NCBI GenBank assembly: GCA_039931865.1
Contig: JBDTRB010000005.1
Span: 137-64,136 of the forward strand
DNA from: Acidobacteriota bacterium
GTDB lineage: Bacteria; Acidobacteriota; Thermoanaerobaculia; UBA5066; Gp7-AA6
Reading direction: 5' to 3'
DNA: 64,000 nucleotides
Positions 37,565 to 47,205 of the stretch are shown one piece after another (the stretch's first letter is position 1; each line of letters starts with the position of its first letter). The translations under genes were made by a program, and so were the position numbers. Under the pieces are notes generated by a model, which ran no database searches, was not told the DNA's origin, and saw only the letters and a program-made list of their open reading frames with translations.

Positions 37565-39058
37565 ATGGAAAACGAACCCCGACATCCCCCGCATTCGCCC
37601 GGCCCCGCCGCCGTGCTTCCGACGGCAGAGCGGCTCGAGGCAGACCTCCGGTTTTCCGGGCGTGGAATCACGATCGCATTCCTCGATGCCGGGTTCACCG
37701 CGCACCCGGATCTCTTCGAAAGCGGCCGGATCGTGGCCTTTCACGACGTAGAGGACCCGGCCGCCGGGCTGCCGCCCTCGGGCCTCGTTGCGCCCTGGCA
37801 GTGGCACGGAACCCAGACGTCCGTCGTCGCTGCCGGCGACGGCACCCTTTCGGACGGGGCCTACCGGGGACTGGCATCCTCCGCGCGGCTTCTCCTGGTC
37901 AAAGTCGGCCGCGAAGGCTCGATCCACGACGAGGAAATCGCCCGCGCCTTCGAATGGCTTCTCGAAAACTTCCAAAAGTTCGGGGTGCGGATCGTCAACG
38001 TGTCCCTGGGAGGCGACCAGGACCTCGCGCTTCCCGAAAGCCGGGTGAATCAGCTGGCCGAGGAGGCGGTGTCGCGAGGTCTGGTCGTCGTTGCGGCGGC
38101 TGGAAATTCCGGCGGGAAGAGCGAGCATACGGCCCTTCCGCCCGCGTCCGCGCCGTCGGTGATCACCGTGGGCGGGTACCACGACTGGCGCTCGGAGGAC
38201 GGACACTCCTTCGTTCTCTATGCGTCGAGCTTCGGCAGCACTCCCGACGGACTGGCCAAGCCGGAGCTGATCGCCCCCGCGATGGAGGTCGCGGCGCCCA
38301 TCCCTCTCGAGACACCCGAGTACCGCGCCGCGGAGGCTCTCTCGGCGCTGGCCGCGGCGGACGACGAAGAGCTTCCATCGCTCTCCGCGCGGCTGGGCAA
38401 GACGGCGGATCTCCCCGAAGAGCTCCGGAGCGCGGAGCCCGGAGCGATCCGGGAGGCCGTCAAGATGAGGCTGAAGGAGAGAAAAATCGTCGCCGCCCAC
38501 TACCAGCACGTCGACGGCACTTCGTTTGCGGCGCCGATCGTCACGTCCATCGTCGCGCAGATGCTGGAAGCAAACCCGGCGTTGACGCCCGCCGAGGTGA
38601 AGGCGCTGCTCGTCTCGACCGCCGAGCGGATCGAGGGAGCGCCCGCCGAACGGCAGGGGTTCGGCGTCGTGCACGCGGGTCGCGCCGTCGAAGCCGCGGC
38701 GGAACAGGGATTCCGAGAAGCGCCCGGCCCCGCGACCCTGCTTCAGACGCCGCGGATCGAGAACGGTCGCGTCATTTTTCTTTACCGCGACGACCGGGCG
38801 CGGCGCGTATGCCTTGCGGGCGACTTCAACGGGTGGGACGGCCAGAGCGCCCGGTACGAGCGTGAGCCCGACGGCACGTGGAAGGCCTCCATCGAGGCTC
38901 CTGCCGCGGGGCGGTACCGGTACAAGCTCCTCATCGACGGTGTCCACTGGCGGGAAGATCCGGGAAATGCCGCGCGAGACGTCGATCCGTTCGGCGGGTT
39001 CGACTCGATCCTGACGATCCCGATCCCGCTCCCGCTTCCAATCCCGCTCCCGCTCTGA
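37565..39058 (+). CDS. S8 subtilisin-like serine protease with C-terminal CBM48/glycogen-binding-like domain
   Basis: Triad FLDAG / WHGTQT / DGTSFAAP, oxyanion AAAGN; C-terminal VCLAGDFNGW..GRYRYKLLIDGVHWREDP. Confidence 0.9.
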   Translation: MENEPRHPPHSPGPAAVLPTAERLEADLRFSGRGITIAFLDAGFTAHPDLFESGRIVAFHDVEDPAAGLPPSGLVAPWQWHGTQTSVVAAGDGTLSDGAYRGLASSARLLLVKVGREGSIHDEEIARAFEWLLENFQKFGVRIVNVSLGGDQDLALPESRVNQLAEEAVSRGLVVVAAAGNSGGKSEHTALPPASAPSVITVGGYHDWRSEDGHSFVLYASSFGSTPDGLAKPELIAPAMEVAAPIPLETPEYRAAEALSALAAADDEELPSLSARLGKTADLPEELRSAEPGAIREAVKMRLKERKIVAAHYQHVDGTSFAAPIVTSIVAQMLEANPALTPAEVKALLVSTAERIEGAPAERQGFGVVHAGRAVEAAAEQGFREAPGPATLLQTPRIENGRVIFLYRDDRARRVCLAGDFNGWDGQSARYEREPDGTWKASIEAPAAGRYRYKLLIDGVHWREDPGNAARDVDPFGGFDSILTIPIPLPLPIPLPL

Positions 39059-39104
39059 CTCGCCGGACTTCCCGCGGCGCCCCGCGGCCCGAAAAGCGGC
39101 GTTT

Positions 39105-39395
39105 TCAGGTCGCGCGCAGGTTTCGGTTCCAGGTTCCGGAACCGATCCAGACCTTCTGCTGAAAGAGAAGGTCCCCCTCGGCGCTCATCATCTCGAGCGC
39201 GCTCGTCCCGTCGGGCGCCGGTCCCTGAACCGCGCAGCGGACCTCATGGGCCTCGAGCTTTTCCAGAGTCCGAGGGTCCAACCGTTCCGCGGGCAGAACG
39301 AGAACCTCCTGGCCGTCTTCGCGGTGGAACACGATCACGCGGGAGTGTCCCGACTTTTCCAGACGACACTTCAGCTCCCGGGACGTGGCGCTCAT
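39105..39395 (-). CDS. Hypothetical protein, paralog of the upstream regulator's C-terminal domain
   Basis: 96-aa ORF; similarity to the C-terminus of 39478-40200 seen by eye. Confidence 0.7.
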   Translation of the reverse strand: MSATSRELKCRLEKSGHSRVIVFHREDGQEVLVLPAERLDPRTLEKLEAHEVRCAVQGPAPDGTSALEMMSAEGDLLFQQKVWIGSGTWNRNLRAT

Positions 39396-39477
39396 ACCTG
39401 CATATGTGCGAGATCCGCGCCATAACCGCGAGCAAGTTTTCCCGCTCGATCGAGCGCACGATCCCTGGGTTCCCGAA

Positions 39478-40200
39478 TCAGGGATCGCCGTCGACCCGGA
39501 TGTCCTCGAAGCTGCTCATGATCTCCGCGCCGCCCCAGGTCCGGAAGAGAAGCAGCCGCCGCGTCCCCCCGAGCTCCGGAGGCCCGACGCTTCCACGCAC
39601 GAACCCCGATGCGACCTCTCGCAGGATGCGGATGGAGAAGCGGCGGACGGGCAGAGAAAAGAGGGGCAGCTGGTCGTCTTCATCGAGAAGGAACGAGATC
39701 GCGCTCTGATTTCTGGAAAGGCGGCAGACGAGATTCTCGAAGACGCGCGCGCGCCCCACGCCCGCGCGCGGACCCACGAGTCGATTGACGCAGAGCAGAA
39801 GCATTTCGGCGCCGAATGGCTTCGACAGCTGCATCTCAGGGCGTTCACCGGAGACGTCGACGTTGTCATCGACGAACGTCGAGAGGACCAGCAGGGGAAT
39901 CCGGCAGACGCGAGTGTCCGCTTCGAGCCGCGCGCGGAGCTCCCATCCATTCATGACCGGCATCGCGAGGTCGGCGAGGATCACGGACGGGAGCGGCGCG
40001 GCCTTCTCCGCCAGGACCGCCAGCGCTTCGGCGCCGTTGAAAACTCCGACAGGATGGAATCCGTCGCTCGCCAGCAGGAAACAGATCGCTTCGTTTAAGT
40101 CCGGATCGTCCTCGACGACGAGAGCGCGCGCGTCGGTCGCCGCGCCGGGTATCCGCCTTCTTTCCGGGACCGAATCGGACGCGTAGGGCGCCCTCGCCAT
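39478..40200 (-). CDS. Response regulator: receiver plus unknown output domain; start uncertain
   Basis: LVVEDD, ILADLAMPVMNG (Asp intact), LSKPF. Confidence 0.8.
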   Translation of the reverse strand: MARAPYASDSVPERRRIPGAATDARALVVEDDPDLNEAICFLLASDGFHPVGVFNGAEALAVLAEKAAPLPSVILADLAMPVMNGWELRARLEADTRVCRIPLLVLSTFVDDNVDVSGERPEMQLSKPFGAEMLLLCVNRLVGPRAGVGRARVFENLVCRLSRNQSAISFLLDEDDQLPLFSLPVRRFSIRILREVASGFVRGSVGPPELGGTRRLLLFRTWGGAEIMSSFEDIRVDGDP

Positions 40201-40517
40201 CCGCCGTTCCGTCGGGACACTTCTCCGCGGCCAGGGCGCGGGTGCCTCAAATTCGCGATCGGAAGGATCCTGCGGGAGCCGCTCGGAGAGGGTGGAAACG
40301 AGGCGGGAGAGGCCAGCCCTAGCTTTAATGTACGATAGCGTACACCAGGTTGGCGGCCGACAGGGGAAAAACCCTTCAGAGGGGTCCCGGAACACCGTTT
40401 CTCCTCGATTCCGCTCCCGTGCTCCCGTGCTCCGGTGCGTCAACGCTCTCGTTTTAGGCCGCGTCCGTCCCGGGGGGCGTCGGCCCGGCCTAAGCTGCCG
40501 CTCAAGGGAGACATTCC

Positions 40518-40997
40518 ATGAAGCTACGTCTGATCCTCGCGGCCCTCGTCCTGCTCCTCTCGCGGCCCGTTTACGCCACCACGTTCGCGCTCTCCTCCGC
40601 GGTGACCGGTTCGACGAATCCCGCGTCGACGGCGATCGATTTTTTCATCTCCCCGAACCACGTCTTCGAAGTGATGGGCGTCATACCCGTCGTGAGCACG
40701 GTCACCGGAGCGCCCGCTTCCATGGCCGCCAGCGTGAACGTCGGGACGGGAGGCGTCTTCAACAGCTGCGGCAGCGGAACCCCCGTCTGCAACAGCGATC
40801 TCTGGGCCGCCCAGTGGACGGTCGTCTCGGCGCCCACCGGGGTCCAGGCCGTGAATGCCTACCAGGGCGCGACCGTGCGACTCGTCAACACGTCCGGAAA
40901 CTCCGCGCCCGTGACGTTCCGATGTCAGGTGGGACAGATGACCGGCTCCTGCATTTTCGTCATCCGCGTGCAGGCATTCACCGAGCCTCTGTTCTGA
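40518..40997 (+). CDS. Secreted beta-rich hypothetical protein with four Cys
   Basis: GGGAG RBS, signal peptide MKLRLILAALVLLLSRPVYA, Thr/Val/Ser-rich. Confidence 0.75.
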   Translation: MKLRLILAALVLLLSRPVYATTFALSSAVTGSTNPASTAIDFFISPNHVFEVMGVIPVVSTVTGAPASMAASVNVGTGGVFNSCGSGTPVCNSDLWAAQWTVVSAPTGVQAVNAYQGATVRLVNTSGNSAPVTFRCQVGQMTGSCIFVIRVQAFTEPLF

Positions 40998-41265
40998 GGC
41001 CGCGCCGGACGGTCTTCTGACGGCGGGCTCCGGCCCGGCTCGCTTCGTTGAATTTTGCCTCAACATGGAGGTTGTCGCGGCGCGTGAGGTTGAACTGGCT
41101 GACGAGCTCAGCCTACCTGGGACTGCTCTATTCGGCTCGGTAACAAATGAATGGGTTTTGTGGTGACGGAAGCGGCCCCTCAAGGGCACTAACGCGCGGC
41201 CGCATCCGAACTGACGCGACACGAGACACGCTAATTCCGTAGACTGGGAACCGAGGTCGACAAAC

Positions 41266-41796
41266 ATCCACGCAGTCCGCATCGCCGTCAAACTGGCCGC
41301 CGTTCTGTGCGTTCTGCTCGCCGTCGCCTGTGGCGGAAAAGACGGTCCGACCGCCCCTCCCCGGACGACCACTGTGCCCACCGCGACTGTCACCGCCGCC
41401 GTCCCCACCGCGACCCCGCTCCCGGCACCCGACATCGAGGGCCCCTGGTCGGCGTCGTTCACCTCTCCGGATCCGGGTTGCGGCGGCGTTTACGTCTACC
41501 GGTTCGTCTTTCGTCAGAACGGAAATAGCTTCGAGGGCAGTTCAATCATATTGACCGACAGCACGGTCACGACAGACACCTTGGTCGGGAGGGTCGACGG
41601 GAGGACCGTCCGAGGAACTTCGACCCATACGTTCGTCTTCTATTCCGACGGTCAGAAAATCTGGACTGGCGACTTCACGGGCGTCCTGTCATCCCCCAAT
41701 GAAATGGTTCTTTTCATTCCGTTGATGGTGCAGACCGGCGGCGACCCTTCCCCTCTGTCGTGCGAGCACTCGATCACGATCCGGTTGACGAGATGA
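41266..41796 (+). CDS. Putative lipoprotein with Pro/Thr linker; no canonical start upstream of the lipobox
   Basis: In frame upstream of GTG 41374: IHAVRIAVKLAAVLCVLLAVA-CGG lipobox; GAGGT 8 nt before ATC 41266. Confidence 0.6.
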   Translation: MHAVRIAVKLAAVLCVLLAVACGGKDGPTAPPRTTTVPTATVTAAVPTATPLPAPDIEGPWSASFTSPDPGCGGVYVYRFVFRQNGNSFEGSSIILTDSTVTTDTLVGRVDGRTVRGTSTHTFVFYSDGQKIWTGDFTGVLSSPNEMVLFIPLMVQTGGDPSPLSCEHSITIRLTR

Positions 41797-42125
41797 CGAG
41801 ATGGAGCGGGCTGACGGAGAAGGAATTCGTACCTTCCGATGTCGCCGGGGTGAACGCCGGGTCGGGCCGGGGCGGGCCGGTGCCCGGGGCCGGGGTGCTG
41901 AGGCTTTTGGCGACCGCCTGCCGCCGTTTCGCCTTCGGCGTTCCCAGGGAAACAGAAACGCCTCCGCAACCGGACCGCAACCCCGAGACCCGCTCGGGTT
42001 TACCGCTGGAGACCTTGCGTTTCAGAGGCCCGAGGTCGGTAATGGTTCCCAATCAGGAACCATTAACTCCCGGTGCGGCGCGACGGCCGGGCGGCCTTTC
42101 GTAACTTGTTGAGGGGTTGAAAACG

Positions 42126-42201
42126 TGGAGCCGACGCCCGGATTTGAACCGGGGACCTGCGGTTTACGAAACCGCTGCTCTACCAACTGAGCTACGTCGG
42201 C
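42126..42201 (-). tRNA. tRNA-Thr (anticodon CGT)
   Basis: GCCGACGTAGCTCAGTTGGTAGAGCAGCGGTTTCGTAAACCGCAGGTCCCCGGTTCAAATCCGGGCGTCGGCTCCA: 76 nt, cloverleaf, encoded CCA. Confidence 0.97.
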
Positions 42202-42310
42202 GGGATGACCGGACGGCGGATCTTAGCAGGGACGGTTCCGCTTGTCAGCGGCCGGAAAGGGCGCGCGGAGGAGCCTCTCTCTTCGCCCGAAACGGGGCTC
42301 GTCCGCCTCG

Positions 42311-45300
42311 TCAGTCGAACCGAACCGAGACGATCTTCGAGCAGCCGGGCTCCTCCATCGTGACCCCGTACATGACGTCCGCGGTTTCCATCGTCCGTTT
42401 GTTGTGGGTGATCGCGATGAACTGCGTGTCGTCGGTCATGTCGCGCAGGAGCTTCGTGAAGCGGTCGATGTTTGCCTCGTCGAGGGGAGCATCGACCTCG
42501 TCGAGAATGCAGAACGGGGAGGGTTTGTAGCGGAAGATCGCCATTAGCAGGGCGATCGCGGTCAGCGCCTTTTCGCCTCCGGAAAGAAGCTGAATCGACT
42601 GGTTTCGCTTTCCGGGCGGCTGCGCGATGATCTCGACCCCGGACTCGAGAAGGTCGTTGTCGTCCAGAAGGCGCATCTCGGCGGCGCCTCCTTGAAAGAG
42701 ACGCGAGAACATCGCCTTGAAGTTCTCATTGACCGCCTCGAACGCCTGCCGGAAGCGTTCCGAGGACGTCGCGTTGATCTTGCGGATCGAATCCTGGAGC
42801 TCGGCCACCGATTTCAGCAGGTCGTCGCGCTGCGCGGTCAGAAACAGGAGCCGCTCCGAGCTTTCGCGATGTTCCTCGAGCGCGAGGAGGTTGACGGGTC
42901 CGAGTCTCTCGATGGACGCCGCGAGCGTCGCGACCTCTTCCTCGAGGGCCGTGAGCGCCTCGGGAGAGCGATCTTCCGGAGCGTCCAGGGAGCCCGGCGG
43001 GACACCGAATTCCTCCTGTGCCTGGGCTGTCGCGTGGTCGAAGTCGGATCGGATCCGCGTCTCGCCGACCTCCGCTTCGAATCGCGCTTCGCGGGCCGCG
43101 TCGAGCGTGGCGCGCTCGCCTTTCGTATTCTCCTCGGCGGCGAGCACGCGGGCTCCCGCTTCCGTCGCCGTCGCGGACGCGGCCTCGAGCTCTTCCGACG
43201 CGGTCTCCCGCGCTCTGATGTTCCCCGCTTGCCGCGCTCGGGCTTCCGCCTCCTCGCGCGCGAGCTCCTCCGCGCGTTCCGTCAGACGCCGCCCCTCTTC
43301 GAACGCGTCTCCCATCCGCCGCTCCAGCATTCCCCGCGCTTCGACGAGCTTTTCTCGCGCGGCTTCGAGCGAACGCCGCCTCTCGGCCGCGACCTCCGCC
43401 TCCGTTCGCCGGTGGGCGAGCTCATCGGCCGCCGCGGCCGCAAAGGAGCGCGCCTCGGGCAGCGTGCTGGCGAGTTTTTCCGCGCGCTCGCGAATCGACG
43501 CCTCCCGGGTGCCGTGAGCCCGTTCGTCGGCCTCGAGCGCGGAGCGGGCGCCCGCCAGGCGTTCGGACTCCTGGCGGAGAGCGACGGCCTCCGTTTCCAG
43601 CGTCTCTCGCTCTCGCGCCAGTCGGTCCCGTTCGGCGCGCCGCTCTTCGAAACGGGCCACGAACCCGGAAAGCCGACCGTTCGCCTCGCGCTCCCGGTCG
43701 CGCCTGGCCGGCATGGCCGCCTCGCATTCGTGCCGCGCGCGGCGAAGGTCTTCGATCGACCGGTCGAGCGCCGCAACGCTTTCGCGGGATCGGGCGGTTT
43801 CGAGCCCTAGGCGGTCGATGTCGCGGCGGAGGGCGAACAGGCCGGACGCCTCGGGAGGCGTGTGGACGACGCGAACGAGCGAGCCGCGGACGAGCTCTCG
43901 CCGGCGCGTCACGAAAGTGGTCTCCGGGTGGATGAGGGAGAGCTCGAGGGCCGCAGCCAGCGTCGAGACGAGGGCAACCGGGGGAAGCGCCGCGCGCTCC
44001 GCGGGGGAGAGGCTGGTGAAGTTCTGAAGCGCGATCTCCCAGCCGCCCTCGGTTCCCGGGACCCGCGAGCCGCCGCGCTCGTCGGTCCAGGCGCTTCGCA
44101 CGAATGTCGCCGAGGCGAGTCCCCGCGACGCCTCGACCGCGGCCTCGGGATCGCCGCCGCAGACGATCGCTTCGAGGTCGTCTCCCAGAAGAAGGTCGAC
44201 CGCCTCCTCCCATCCGGCCGCGGGCGTCAGCCGGTCGGCCAGCGCTCCCGCTTCCGCGATGCCCGCGGCGGCCAGCGCGCCCCGGACCGCGTGGAGATTG
44301 CCCTGCCGGCTCTTCCAGATCTCGTTCAACGCTCCCAGGCGGTGCTCCGAGTTGGAGAGGCCCTCGCGCGCCGTCTCGCGCGCGACCTCGGATTCCGCGA
44401 GCGCGGCGGCGAGGCGGGAGAGCTCCGCCTCCCAGGCCTCGGTTTGAGCCCGCGCGTCCGCCGCCTCCCGGCTCAGGCGCCGCTCCTCTTCGAGAGCGGC
44501 CTCGACTTCCTTTTCCCGCAGCGTGAGCTCCGAGACCGCCCGCGCGTGCGCTTCCTCGAGCCGGGCCAGCGAAGCGGTGGCGCGAGAGGCTTCGAGGTCC
44601 ACCTCGTGACGCGCGTTGCGGGCGGTGACTCTTTCGCCGGCGGCGAGAAGCGCGTCCTCTCGCGCCCGGTCGAGCTCGCGCTCGAGCTCCGCGAAAGCGG
44701 AGGCGGCCGCTGCGGCCCGGCTGTCCGCGTCTTCGCGGGCCAGGGAGCGGGAGCGGGCCTCGACGACCGCGCGCTCGAGCCGCTCCTCGAGCTCCGTGAG
44801 CTCCGCGGCGGACCTGGTCTGCTCGGCTGAGACGTCGCGGCCTTCTCGCTCGAGCGAGGCGCGGCGGTCGGCGAGATCCGCCGCGGCGCGACGGTTGCCC
44901 TCGAGCAGCGCGTCATCGCGCTGAATCGCGTTTTCGAGGGCAGCGACCGCGTCCCGGAGACGGTCGCGTTCGGCCTGCAGATCCGCGGCCGCGAGCCGTG
45001 CCGACGCGAGCTCCGATTCCGCGCGGCCAAGCGCGGCCGCGGCCGCGGCTTCGACGTCGCGCCGCGCGTCGCGCGCCTGCTCCGCTTCGGCGACCGCCGC
45101 CTGGAGCACGTCGTGCCGCGTTCTCGCGAGGGCCGCTTTCTTCCCGCGAAGCACGTCGGATTGCTCGCGGTACTTCGCCGCGCGAGACGCCTGCCGCTTC
45201 AGGGACGCGACGTTCTTCTCGATCTCCGACACGATGTCCGAGATCCTCAGAAGGTTGCCGCGCGTCTCTTCGAGCTTGCCTTCCGCGAGCCGCTTCTTGA

Positions 45301-45928
45301 GCTTGTATCGCGTGATGCCCGACGCCTCTTCGATGAGCCGCCTCCGGTCCTGCGGCTTGGTCGAGAGCACCTGATCGATGCGTCCCTGCTCGATGACGGA
45401 ATAGGCGCGCACGCCGAGCCCGGTGCCGAGCAGCTTGTCCTGAATGTCCTTCAGCCGGACCTGCTTGTCGTTTAAGAAGTATTCGCCGGTGCCTTCGCGG
45501 TAGACCCGACGCCCGATCCGCAGCAGGTCGCCCTCGGTCTCGCTTCCCCCGTTCCCGTTCCCGGCGCCGTGGCCGTTTTCGCCGCCGCCGCCGCCGCCGC
45601 CGCCGCCGTCCGCCCCGTCCCCGTCGCCGTTGCTCTTCCCGTCCTGACGCGCGCTCACCCGGGCGCGGGTCGAGAGCGTCAGGATCACCTCGCACATTCC
45701 GAGCGGGCGCCGTTTGGCGGAACCGTTGAAGATGACGTCGTCCATGCGCTCGCCGCGGAGCGTCTTGGCGCTCTGCTCGCCGAGCGCCCACGAAACCGCG
45801 TCGCTGATGTTCGATTTCCCGCACCCGTTCGGCCCCACAACCGCCGTGACGCTGCCCGGAAATGCGAGATCGACCTTCTCGTAGAAGGACTTGAAGCCCG
45901 AGATCTGCACCCGCTCGAGTTTGAACAT
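42311..45928 (-). CDS. smc: Chromosome segregation protein SMC
   Basis: GFKSF, GPNGCGKSN, long coiled coils, LSGGEKAL, LDEVDAPLD, ITHNK. Confidence 0.96.
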   Translation of the reverse strand: MFKLERVQISGFKSFYEKVDLAFPGSVTAVVGPNGCGKSNISDAVSWALGEQSAKTLRGERMDDVIFNGSAKRRPLGMCEVILTLSTRARVSARQDGKSNGDGDGADGGGGGGGGGENGHGAGNGNGGSETEGDLLRIGRRVYREGTGEYFLNDKQVRLKDIQDKLLGTGLGVRAYSVIEQGRIDQVLSTKPQDRRRLIEEASGITRYKLKKRLAEGKLEETRGNLLRISDIVSEIEKNVASLKRQASRAAKYREQSDVLRGKKAALARTRHDVLQAAVAEAEQARDARRDVEAAAAAALGRAESELASARLAAADLQAERDRLRDAVAALENAIQRDDALLEGNRRAAADLADRRASLEREGRDVSAEQTRSAAELTELEERLERAVVEARSRSLAREDADSRAAAAASAFAELERELDRAREDALLAAGERVTARNARHEVDLEASRATASLARLEEAHARAVSELTLREKEVEAALEEERRLSREAADARAQTEAWEAELSRLAAALAESEVARETAREGLSNSEHRLGALNEIWKSRQGNLHAVRGALAAAGIAEAGALADRLTPAAGWEEAVDLLLGDDLEAIVCGGDPEAAVEASRGLASATFVRSAWTDERGGSRVPGTEGGWEIALQNFTSLSPAERAALPPVALVSTLAAALELSLIHPETTFVTRRRELVRGSLVRVVHTPPEASGLFALRRDIDRLGLETARSRESVAALDRSIEDLRRARHECEAAMPARRDREREANGRLSGFVARFEERRAERDRLARERETLETEAVALRQESERLAGARSALEADERAHGTREASIRERAEKLASTLPEARSFAAAAADELAHRRTEAEVAAERRRSLEAAREKLVEARGMLERRMGDAFEEGRRLTERAEELAREEAEARARQAGNIRARETASEELEAASATATEAGARVLAAEENTKGERATLDAAREARFEAEVGETRIRSDFDHATAQAQEEFGVPPGSLDAPEDRSPEALTALEEEVATLAASIERLGPVNLLALEEHRESSERLLFLTAQRDDLLKSVAELQDSIRKINATSSERFRQAFEAVNENFKAMFSRLFQGGAAEMRLLDDNDLLESGVEIIAQPPGKRNQSIQLLSGGEKALTAIALLMAIFRYKPSPFCILDEVDAPLDEANIDRFTKLLRDMTDDTQFIAITHNKRTMETADVMYGVTMEEPGCSKIVSVRFD

Positions 45929-46095
45929 CGTGTTCACGAATCTAGCAAAAGCCCCGGGAGGGGTCCACAACTTATTGTGGCCGCGGCAGGAGGGGATACC
46001 AGATGGGGTGCGTCCAGCCCTGGCGCTGGTCCCGTGCGGGCTGTACGGTGGCGTGCAGATTTTTGTTCAGATCCCGGCAGGTTTGATGTACGTTA

Positions 46096-47172
46096 TTGGC
46101 GGACAAGAAGACAAAAATGCTGAACTTGGAAGTCCGCAAACGCGCGGGAGGGGCGGAATTGCATCGCGTGCTCGGCACGGCGATTACCGTCGGCGCCTCT
46201 TCCGGCAACGAAGTCGTCGTTCGCGCGCGGGGGGTTGCGGGCCGCCACATCCGTTTCGTCGAGAAGGACGGCCGCTACCAGCTCGACCTCTATAAGGGTG
46301 TCGACGCCATCACCGTGAACGGCCGCGAATTTTCGGGCGGACCGATCGCGGCGGGCGATCGCATCACGATCGGAGAGGCGACCATCACGGTTGTCCAGGT
46401 CGGCAGCAACCCCGGGCGGCCCGCGCCGGTCCACGAGATTCCCATCAACGACGCGTCATCGTCCTCCCCTGAGGCGTCTGCCGCGCCAGCGACGGAAGTC
46501 GAATATCGCGCCCTGCGGCTTTCCGCCTACCGCCTGTGCCGGCAGCACGACAGCCCGGAGGAAGTCGCGATCGCTCTGACGGACTTTCTGGATCAGGAAT
46601 TTGCCCCTAGCGAGTGGGCGGTCGGCCACGTGACGGCGGCAAACGGGTTCCGGTTTCTCGCATCGACGTTCGTGGACCAGCCGGCGCTTCCTCCGAGCCT
46701 TCTCGAGGAGGTCCGCGGGGGCGAGCGTGTGGTCCGCTCCGAGAGCGTCGCCGGAGTGCTCACTCTGGTCGTCGAGAACGCGGCTTCGGACGGCGCCTTC
46801 GCCATCCTCGTGCGCGAGAGCCCGAGGCTTCCCGCGAGAACCATCCTCTTCCTCGAAGAGGCCGCCCAGCTGGCGGGAATCGCGGGTCGCCGCTCCGAGC
46901 GGGGGCCCGCCGCGGCGCCCGCGCCGGTCGTCGTCGAGCCTCCGAACGAGGATGAGATCGACGCGGTCCTTCGCCAGACCGATGACCTGAAGAAGATCGT
47001 CGAGACCGTCGAGCGCGAGGTCATCGACCGCGCGATGCGGCGCGTTCAGGGAAATCAGAGCCGGGGCGCCGAAGTCCTGAACATCTCGCGCGGCTCGCTG
47101 ATCGCGAAGCTGAAGGAGTACCAGGTCCCCGACTATCGCTACCTGCGCCGCGACCGCAACAAGCGCACCTAG
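46096..47172 (+). CDS. FHA-like domain plus central domain plus Fis-type HTH protein, no AAA+ core
   Basis: ITVGASSGNEVV..VAGRH..ITVNG..GDRITIG (FHA-like); VEREVIDRAMRRVQGNQSRGAEVLNISRGSLIAKLKEY (HTH_8). Confidence 0.75.
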   Translation: MADKKTKMLNLEVRKRAGGAELHRVLGTAITVGASSGNEVVVRARGVAGRHIRFVEKDGRYQLDLYKGVDAITVNGREFSGGPIAAGDRITIGEATITVVQVGSNPGRPAPVHEIPINDASSSSPEASAAPATEVEYRALRLSAYRLCRQHDSPEEVAIALTDFLDQEFAPSEWAVGHVTAANGFRFLASTFVDQPALPPSLLEEVRGGERVVRSESVAGVLTLVVENAASDGAFAILVRESPRLPARTILFLEEAAQLAGIAGRRSERGPAAAPAPVVVEPPNEDEIDAVLRQTDDLKKIVETVEREVIDRAMRRVQGNQSRGAEVLNISRGSLIAKLKEYQVPDYRYLRRDRNKRT

Positions 47173-47205
47173 CCGCGTTTCCCGGTTTGCCCGGGATCTC
47201 CCCTC

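Noticed and set aside
39000-39058. Protease tail as an exosortase sorting signal
   Set aside because: No TM helix plus basic cluster and no signal peptide; it is a hexamer-repeat product
41774-42052. Integrase C-terminal remnant (TPKAKRRQAVAKSL) near the tRNA
   Set aside because: Only a short resemblance; no catalytic R-H-R-Y motifs and no att duplication found
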